From Chloroflexota bacterium (GTDB lineage: Bacteria > Chloroflexota > Dehalococcoidia > JACQUD01), in NCBI GenBank assembly GCA_016210485.1, contig JACQUD010000032.1:1-54816 (forward strand): a DNA stretch of 54,816 nt, read 5' to 3'. Numbering within the stretch: position 1 is the first letter of the stretch; each line of letters starts with the position of its first letter. Of this stretch, positions 48,898-54,816 are shown piece after piece. Made by a program: the position numbers and the translations under genes. The notes under the pieces were generated by a model. It saw only the letters and a list, made by a program, of their open reading frames with translations. It was not told the origin of the DNA and made no database searches.

Positions 48898-49998
48898 TCA
48901 TCGCAGGCCCTGGGGGATGGCATAGCCAGCCCGGGGCAAAGCTTTGGCTATGGCCTTCAGGGTGAGGTCGATGTCGGCCTCGGTAACGTATCCCAGGTGT
49001 CCGATGCGGAATATCTTGCCCGAGAGCTTGCCCTGGCCTCCGGCCAGATCGGTGTCATATTCTTCCAGCAAGATTTTGACCAGGCGGGCTACATCCAGCC
49101 CTTCGGGGGCCCGGATGGCAGTAACGGTATTGGAGGCCACCGGCTCCGGCGGCAGCGGAGACAGCCCCAAGGCCTTGGCCCCCTCCCTGGCCCTCTGCCC
49201 CACCCGGCGGTGGCGCTCCCAGATGTTCTCCAGTCCCTCTCGAGCCATCAACTCCAGCCCCACCTCCAAGGCAAAGAAGGTGGACACAGCGGGAGTCCAG
49301 GAGGTCTGGCCCCGAGCCAGGTATTGCTTGGCGGTGCGGAAGTCCCAGTAGTGGCGGGGCATCTTGGCCTGCTCCACGGCCTTCCAGCCTCGCGAGCTGA
49401 TGCCCACCATGGCCAGGCCCGGCGGGGCCATCCATCCCTTCTGGGAGCAGGTCACCACTACGTCCAGCCCCCAGGCGTCCATGCAGCAGGGCAGAGAGCC
49501 CAGGCTGCTGACGGCGTCCACCAGGAAAAGCTTGTCATGCTCTCGGACGATTTCGGCGATGCCTTTCAGGTCGTTGGTGACGCCGGTGGAGGTCTCGTTG
49601 TGCACCAGCAGGACTGCCTTGTAGTTCGGATTCTTCTTCAAGGCCTGGCGCACCTCCCCAGGGTCGACCGGCTCGCCCCAGGGGAAATCCAGGCGGGTTA
49701 TCTTGGCCCCGAAGTCCTGGGCGATGGCAGCCAGGCGCTCTCCAAAGTAGCCGTTGGTCAGGCCCAGCACCTCGTCCCCCGGCGATAGGGTGTTGACCAC
49801 CATAGCCTCCAGCCCCCCCGTCCCCGAGCCGGTGAGCACCAGGACCTCACTCTGGGTCAGGAAAAGCTCCTTGAGCCGGGCGGTGACCTTCTCTATGATA
49901 CGGGCGAAGGCGGGGCCACGATGGTTTATCATCTCCCGGGACATGGCCTGGAGCACCTCGGGCGGGCAGGGGGTGGGGCCAGGGATGCGCAAGTTCAT
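48898..49998 (-). CDS. Class V PLP aminotransferase (AGT/serine-pyruvate type, probable SerC substitute)
   Basis: MNLRIPGPT, INHRG, GSGTG, HNETSTG, VDAVSS, SQKG...PPG, FRIGHLG; SD AGGAG. Confidence 0.92.
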   Translation of the reverse strand: MNLRIPGPTPCPPEVLQAMSREMINHRGPAFARIIEKVTARLKELFLTQSEVLVLTGSGTGGLEAMVVNTLSPGDEVLGLTNGYFGERLAAIAQDFGAKITRLDFPWGEPVDPGEVRQALKKNPNYKAVLLVHNETSTGVTNDLKGIAEIVREHDKLFLVDAVSSLGSLPCCMDAWGLDVVVTCSQKGWMAPPGLAMVGISSRGWKAVEQAKMPRHYWDFRTAKQYLARGQTSWTPAVSTFFALEVGLELMAREGLENIWERHRRVGQRAREGAKALGLSPLPPEPVASNTVTAIRAPEGLDVARLVKILLEEYDTDLAGGQGKLSGKIFRIGHLGYVTEADIDLTLKAIAKALPRAGYAIPQGLR

Positions 49999-50102
49999 GG
50001 AGGACTCCTTCCTTCCAACGAGGTTATTGTCCTTGAAATATAGCCGATGGACAGGCCCAGAGTCAACTGGTAAAAATAGCCTTTGGGGATAGCCCATGGC
50101 GA

Positions 50103-50111
50103 TGATATAAT
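50103..50111 (+). promoter_or_regulatory. Extended -10 promoter in front of the tRNA-like sequence
   Basis: TG-A-TATAAT at 50103-50111. Confidence 0.55.
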
Positions 50112-50117
50112 TCCTGC

Positions 50118-50193
50118 GGAGGCCGAGGGTTGGCCTGGTAGAGGGCATCCCCGGGACGGAGGAGGTTAGGGGTTCGAATTCCCCTTCCCCCAA
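50118..50193 (+). pseudogene. Degenerate tRNA / tRNA-like element
   Basis: D-loop-like CTGGTAGAG, anticodon arm CATCC-CCGGGAC-GGAGG (one mismatch, C at U33), variable loop AGGTT, T-arm AGGGG-TTCGAATT-CCCCT; acceptor stem does not pair and there is no CCA. Confidence 0.7.
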
Positions 50194-50239
50194 TAGGTAT
50201 AATCATGCTACAGATAGTCACGTTACCAAAGGTTAGACC

Positions 50240-51583
50240 TTGATTCTCACAGCAGAACAATACTCTAGAGGCTTTATAGACTTTGATGCAGTCTTAGCAA
50301 AGGGTTGCGTGGTTGAACTTTGGACGAGAACCGCTGACCGGCCTGAAGACGACACCGAGTGGACCGGTCCATACTCGACTCCGGAAGGCACCATAGTTCT
50401 TTCCCCGCCAAAACCATATATGCAGTTACGTGTAGAGCTAAAACGCGGTAGCGACCCAACGAAGACGCCAATCCTCACAAAAGTGCGATGGGAACGTGAC
50501 GGTAAAGCCTTCATCTGGCCAGGCCCTGTAGGTTTCAACGGGCCTCCGGGCCCACTGAGCTTGGGTAGAGATTATGGTGTTTCTTACCGCCTAGCGTTTC
50601 AACCCAAGAGAGCTGGCTGGGCTGAACCTTTTGTGGTTATTGGCCACAGGGCACGGATTAGGTTCTGGAAGAGCGGCATCAAAGGATACAACATATCTGG
50701 TTTTCGTGATGCAGAACCTACTCCTGAAGGCAACTTTTCAGTTGGAGGCAACATTGAGGAAGTTGAGGCGGATGGAGATGTAGTGGAGGTACTGGTAACT
50801 GTTTCGGGAAACAACGAGGAGCAGGTGAAGGAGGCAGCCAAGACTCAAGTTGAGTCCACTGTTGGACTGCTCGCTCTTTGTTTTGGTGAACAGATTTTAG
50901 GTAAACCTATTTTCGCTGATTACTATTTCAGCGACGCCAAAGGCGAGCAGGGACAAATCCATGTTCCTGTTAAACATCTTCCCGAGTTGTCTGTTGGTAT
51001 GAACTTTGTTCCTTTCGTTGATGAGGCGTTAGTTAGGCTAGACGAGTCACCAATTGGTGCCTCAGTTGGAATGGCACTGCGTTGGTACGTCGCAGGCCTA
51101 AATAGCGAATCGCCGATTGATGCATTTATCGCCTATTTCGTTGGCCTTGAGGCTCTTTCCGTTGGATACTTTGTCGGTATTCATCCCAAGCCCATTAGGA
51201 AAGAGTATGCGCAACTTGAAAAATACTTTGGAAGAGCGCAGCCGACTGTTGACAAGAGATTGAAAGATATAGTTCTGGACCGATTAGCAGACTTTCCTCT
51301 GAGCATGAAGTTCGAGAGATATTGGAGAGGTAAGTTTAACTATGAGACTCGCGAAAGTAAGGAATTCCCTGGCTTAAACCGCCTTAGGAATAACCTTTTC
51401 CATGGAAGCATACGAACTATCACCTCTCAGCAAGTAGATACCGCTAAAACTCTTCTCGAGAAGCTACTGGCAAAAGAGTGCGGGATCGAGAAACTTGTGA
51501 ATCGCCGCCAAGCTGGCCCAAAGCTTTTAGAATTTGCGTTAACTTACGCTACAATGCCTTCCAACAAAAGACCCCAACCATGA
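50240..51583 (+). CDS. Low-GC hypothetical protein with C-terminal HEPN-like RNase motif
   Basis: ALRWY..G, DAFIAYFVGLEAL helix and LRNNLFHG (R-x4-H); start codon uncertain. Confidence 0.72.
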   Translation: MILTAEQYSRGFIDFDAVLAKGCVVELWTRTADRPEDDTEWTGPYSTPEGTIVLSPPKPYMQLRVELKRGSDPTKTPILTKVRWERDGKAFIWPGPVGFNGPPGPLSLGRDYGVSYRLAFQPKRAGWAEPFVVIGHRARIRFWKSGIKGYNISGFRDAEPTPEGNFSVGGNIEEVEADGDVVEVLVTVSGNNEEQVKEAAKTQVESTVGLLALCFGEQILGKPIFADYYFSDAKGEQGQIHVPVKHLPELSVGMNFVPFVDEALVRLDESPIGASVGMALRWYVAGLNSESPIDAFIAYFVGLEALSVGYFVGIHPKPIRKEYAQLEKYFGRAQPTVDKRLKDIVLDRLADFPLSMKFERYWRGKFNYETRESKEFPGLNRLRNNLFHGSIRTITSQQVDTAKTLLEKLLAKECGIEKLVNRRQAGPKLLEFALTYATMPSNKRPQP

Positions 51584-51699
51584 TCAAAGCCGTCTTCTTC
51601 GACTGGTATAACACTCTGGCTCGCTTCTACCCGCCCCGGGAGGAGCAGCAGGTCGCGGCCTGCCGGCAGCTCGGGGTGGAGACCTCGCCCCAGGCCCTG
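51580..51699 (+). pseudogene. Truncated duplicate of the first 40 codons of the HAD hydrolase gene
   Basis: 111/120 nt identical to 52948-53067; ATG overlaps the stop of the HEPN gene (ATGA). Confidence 0.9.
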
Positions 51700-51715
51700 A
51701 TATTCGATTTAAGAT

Positions 51716-51760
51716 TCTCCCCCTCTCCTGAAAAGAGACGGGGAGGCCAGGGAGTGAGGT
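51716..51760. repeat. REP-like palindromic unit
   Basis: CTCCCCCTCTCC-TGAAAA-GAGACGGGGAG-GCCAGGGAGTGAGG, resembling the widespread CCCCTCTCC...GGAGAGGGG..GGGTGAGG repeats. Confidence 0.5.
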
Positions 51761-51902
51761 GATGAGTTAATAAACACCCTCAAGGAAGCAGTTGACGGAG
51801 GAGAGTTAAGATTATAATCTACTCTTGTCCTTCGGGCTGGCGATGGCCGGCCTTTTCGAGCGCCTTTTCCAAAAGAGCTTACAAGAGGAGGTCCCAAATA
51901 AT

Positions 51903-52874
51903 ATGATGACAGAAGCCGTAAGCAGGTGGCCCATCCACCTGGAACCCAAGAACCCTACAATGGACAAGAAGTTGGCTATTACGGTTTGTCCCAACGGGGC
52001 CCTCATCACCCGAAATCAGAACCCCAAGCAACCGTATACTCCTAAAGAGGTTGCCCAACAAGCGATAGAGGCATATAGGGAGGGAGCGGTTGAACTTCAT
52101 TTTCATGCCCGGGATGAGCTCGGCTACTCCCTTAACGACCCGAACCCCTACATCGAAACCATCGAACTGGTTCTAATGGAATGTCCCAACATGATCATGA
52201 GCCCTTCCCTCTCAGTTCCTCCCCAAAAGGCCGGGGGAGGCTTATACGAAGTTGAGACTACTCAAGACATGATCGAAGGGCTGCTGAAACGGGGCAAGAA
52301 CTATATGGAAACGTCGCTGCTTACTCCGGTGAGCTATGTCAGCACCAGAGCGCTCCGTCCCGGACAGTTCGAGGCACCCATCAACACAATCACGCCGGAA
52401 AGGCTCAGGGCTGAGGCCAAGTTCCTCCAGAGCAAGGGAATCAAACCCCATTTTCTGGCTCACGACTTCGAGGCTATTGACAACGTGCGGGAATATCTCA
52501 TAGAGCCGGGCGTTCTGCAGAAACCCTACCTTATCTGCCTGGGACCGGGCATGCATAAACCCAGCACCAAGACCTATCCCGACCCGTGGGGGATGATCAA
52601 CTTTATCAACATGATGGCTGTTCTGCCCAAGGATACAGTGGTTGGAGCCAGCATAGGAGGGCACAACTGGCTGTCGATCACTGTATTGGCTATTATGCTC
52701 GGGGTTGACTACATCCGGGTTGGAATGGAAGATGCCATGCACCTTTACCCCCACAAAGATAAGCTAATAGATTCATGCGCTCAGGTGACCAGAAAGATAG
52801 TTGCCATAGCCCGAGAGCTGGGTCGAGAAATAGCGACACCGGATGAGACACGGGCGATTTTTGGCATACAGTAA
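51903..52874 (+). CDS. Beta-keto acid cleavage enzyme (BKACE/DUF849, Kce-like)
   Basis: ITVCPNG, QPYTP.E, LHFHARD (HxH), IRVGMED, ARELGREIATPDE.R; SD GAGGAGG before ATG 51903. Confidence 0.9.
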   Translation: MMTEAVSRWPIHLEPKNPTMDKKLAITVCPNGALITRNQNPKQPYTPKEVAQQAIEAYREGAVELHFHARDELGYSLNDPNPYIETIELVLMECPNMIMSPSLSVPPQKAGGGLYEVETTQDMIEGLLKRGKNYMETSLLTPVSYVSTRALRPGQFEAPINTITPERLRAEAKFLQSKGIKPHFLAHDFEAIDNVREYLIEPGVLQKPYLICLGPGMHKPSTKTYPDPWGMINFINMMAVLPKDTVVGASIGGHNWLSITVLAIMLGVDYIRVGMEDAMHLYPHKDKLIDSCAQVTRKIVAIARELGREIATPDETRAIFGIQ

Positions 52875-52947
52875 CAAAAGCAACAAATAGGAATAGGTGG
52901 TAAAGCCGAGACAACTACTTTGGTGGAGCTGCGTAGATGGTGTAAAT

Positions 52948-53643
52948 ATGATTAAGGCCGTCTTCTTCGACTGGTATAACACCATCGCCCGCTTCTACCC
53001 GCCCCGGGAGGAGCAGCAGGTCGCGGCCTGCCGCCAGCTCGGGGTGGAGGTCTCGCCCCAGGCCCTGCGCCGGGCCTACCCCGCCGCCGACGACTTCATG
53101 ACGCGGGAGAACGCCTTTTTCGCCCTCAGGGAACGGCCCGAATTGGAACAGCAGCGCTTCTGGGCGGAGTACGAGCGGATGCTCCTGCGGGAGGCTGGGG
53201 TAGAGGTCTCGGCGGAGCTGGCCTTGCAGATAATTCAGGAAGTCCGGCTCCATCCCTCGGAGTTCGCCCTCTTCGAGGATGCCCTGCCCACCTTGCAGGA
53301 GGTCAAGGCCCGGGGCCTGGTTCTGGGGCTGCTCTCCAATCTGAGGCGGGAGCTGGATGAGCTGTGCCAGCGCCTAGGGCTTACCCCCTATTTGGATTTC
53401 ACCCTGACCTCGGCGGAGGTGGGCTTCGAGAAACCCCACCCCGCCATCTTCTTCGAGGCTCTGAAGCGGGCCAATGTGAAGCCGGCGCAGGCCCTCCACG
53501 TGGGCGACCAGTATCACTCCGATATCCTGGGCGCCCGAGGGGTGGGCATCCGGCCCCTCCTTCTGGACAGGGACGGCTCCTGGGAGGAGGTCAAGGACTG
53601 CCCCCGCATCAAGACCCTGGCCGAGGTTCTGAACTATCTGTAG
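52948..53643 (+). CDS. HAD-superfamily hydrolase, subfamily IA
   Basis: VFFDWYNT, LLSN, EKPHPAIF, HVGDQYHSDILGA. Confidence 0.92.
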   Translation: MIKAVFFDWYNTIARFYPPREEQQVAACRQLGVEVSPQALRRAYPAADDFMTRENAFFALRERPELEQQRFWAEYERMLLREAGVEVSAELALQIIQEVRLHPSEFALFEDALPTLQEVKARGLVLGLLSNLRRELDELCQRLGLTPYLDFTLTSAEVGFEKPHPAIFFEALKRANVKPAQALHVGDQYHSDILGARGVGIRPLLLDRDGSWEEVKDCPRIKTLAEVLNYL

Positions 53644-53723
53644 CCGTGGCCAGGGCCGCTCGCGTTCATAAGCCGGGCTTCCAGTCCCTTACTCTCTCTA
53701 TGTTGGCCCGCCTGGGATGGCGA

Positions 53724-54149
53724 CTAGGCAGGCCAGGACTCGCCCTCGGCTTGCTCTGCCGCAGGGAAGGAGAAATGCGCCTGGGCCAGGAGCCACCGAG
53801 CGGCGCGCTGCTCCAGCACTGCGGTAGCTCGCAGCGGCAGGCTCATCTCCTGACCATCCACCTTGATCCGCGCGTCGCCCTCCGCCGCCAGCCAGGCCAC
53901 CGAGCCGGCCCGAGAGATGGAGCGCCATTCCCAGCGAAATGATGCCGCCTCGGATTGGGACCAGTCGCGTTCGACCTGCATCTTAATCTCATCCTGTCCA
54001 ATGCGCCTTTCGTCGGCTCCGGTGCCGATAACGACCGTATCCGGCAGGAAGAGAGCCAGGAGACCTGTCATATCCCGCCTGGCATAAGCTTCGTTGAACT
54101 TGTTCCACACGGACATGACCTCAGCTTCCGTCTTCTTATCGGCAGTCAT
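53724..54149 (-). CDS. SnoaL/NTF2-like domain protein
   Basis: AYARRD, IGTGADE, R.TAVLE...W...HFS; ATG 54149 after GGAGG. Confidence 0.85.
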   Translation of the reverse strand: MTADKKTEAEVMSVWNKFNEAYARRDMTGLLALFLPDTVVIGTGADERRIGQDEIKMQVERDWSQSEAASFRWEWRSISRAGSVAWLAAEGDARIKVDGQEMSLPLRATAVLEQRAARWLLAQAHFSFPAAEQAEGESWPA

Positions 54150-54261
54150 AGGATTTCCCTCCTTTCGGTAAGCTCCGCTTACCATCACCTTTGAAGGAAG
54201 GGGCCATCATCGGTGGCCCGTCTTCCTAATATCTCTGTGATACCGCGTCTGGGACGCCCTG

Positions 54262-54633
54262 CTACTTTTTCAAGGCGGCCATGTTCCGCTCTACCACCTC
54301 CATGGTCTTCTTCAGGAGGTCTGCCGGGCTGAACTCTACGTACTCGGTGCCGGCCTCGACTATGGTGGTGTGGCCCGGAGGTGCGTAGTAGGCATCTCCG
54401 GCGCTGATGATCTCTTCCCGGCTACCGAACTTGAAGCGGATCCTGCCCTTGAAGACGTATCCCCAGTGGGGGCACTGATCCTGGTTGCCGGGCAAGCCCT
54501 TGAGCAGAGGAGTTATGTCGAACCTCTCCTTGAAGGCGCCCAGTTCCACATTCATGCCGCCCCACTCGGTCTCGTGGAGGGTGGCCCCTCCCGCCTCCAT
54601 CGCCACCGGTATATCCTTTATTGAGCCGCGCAT
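54262..54633 (-). CDS. Cupin-domain protein
   Basis: CPHWGYV.KG, GDAYYAPPGH, VEFSP; ATG 54633 after GGAGG. Confidence 0.85.
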   Translation of the reverse strand: MRGSIKDIPVAMEAGGATLHETEWGGMNVELGAFKERFDITPLLKGLPGNQDQCPHWGYVFKGRIRFKFGSREEIISAGDAYYAPPGHTTIVEAGTEYVEFSPADLLKKTMEVVERNMAALKK

Positions 54634-54816
54634 GTCATGCCTCCTTTTTTGTTCTCTAGCCTTCTCCCTCAAGGCTGTCTCTAAAATACGCAAATAACAC
54701 CTATTTGCGTCAACATAGATTAACAAATTTTCCAGCCGAAGTCAAGGCCGTTTGAAGACCTCGCCCCGTGGTTACTGGTGGCCCTCCGAGACCCAGATCC
54801 CAGCGGGCTTCCCTCA

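Noticed and set aside
50118-50193. Functional tRNA-Pro(GGG)
   Set aside because: Acceptor stem cannot pair, C at position 33, extra base in the T-loop, no CCA; kept only as a pseudo-tRNA.
54760-54769. CTCGCCCCG matching the tRNA-Pro 3' end as a distant attR
   Set aside because: Only 9 bp in GC-rich DNA, and the intervening 54 kb is mostly housekeeping genes; likely chance.

Overview
GC-rich bacterial chromosomal window. Gene content and protein style suggest Chloroflexota, probably Dehalococcoidia-like (inference). Housekeeping genes include tRNA-Pro(CGG), trmD, mog/moaB, rsmH, aroH-aroF-nfo-pyrD, ndh, CIRCE-groES-groEL, coaE, comEA-comEC-rph and a serC-like/serA/pspA serine operon. Accessory modules are a BlaI/BlaR1(M56) pair next to a di-haem cytochrome c lipoprotein, three crotonase-family genes, a CbbQ/NorQ AAA+ plus large VWA pair with no client gene in the window, an LsrK-like kinase operon, and a hopanoid cluster (dxs, prenyl synthase, hpnH, hpnG, hpnA, shc, DUF116) with no recognisable squalene synthase. 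The main unexplained signals are: (1) a dispersed intercistronic element (GC hairpin + GGGYGGGYGGGTGGG G-quadruplex motif + AACRTC) 34-39 nt upstream of three unrelated start codons; (2) a decayed tRNA with its own promoter directly upstream of a low-GC HEPN-motif gene; (3) a 120-bp diverged duplication of a HAD gene 5' end bracketing a BKACE gene; (4) a ~1 kb integrase-less islet bounded by an 11-bp copy of the tRNA-Pro 3' end; (5) a BlaI-type operator shared by the repressor and the cytochrome gene. All family calls come from motif recognition by eye; no database searches were run.
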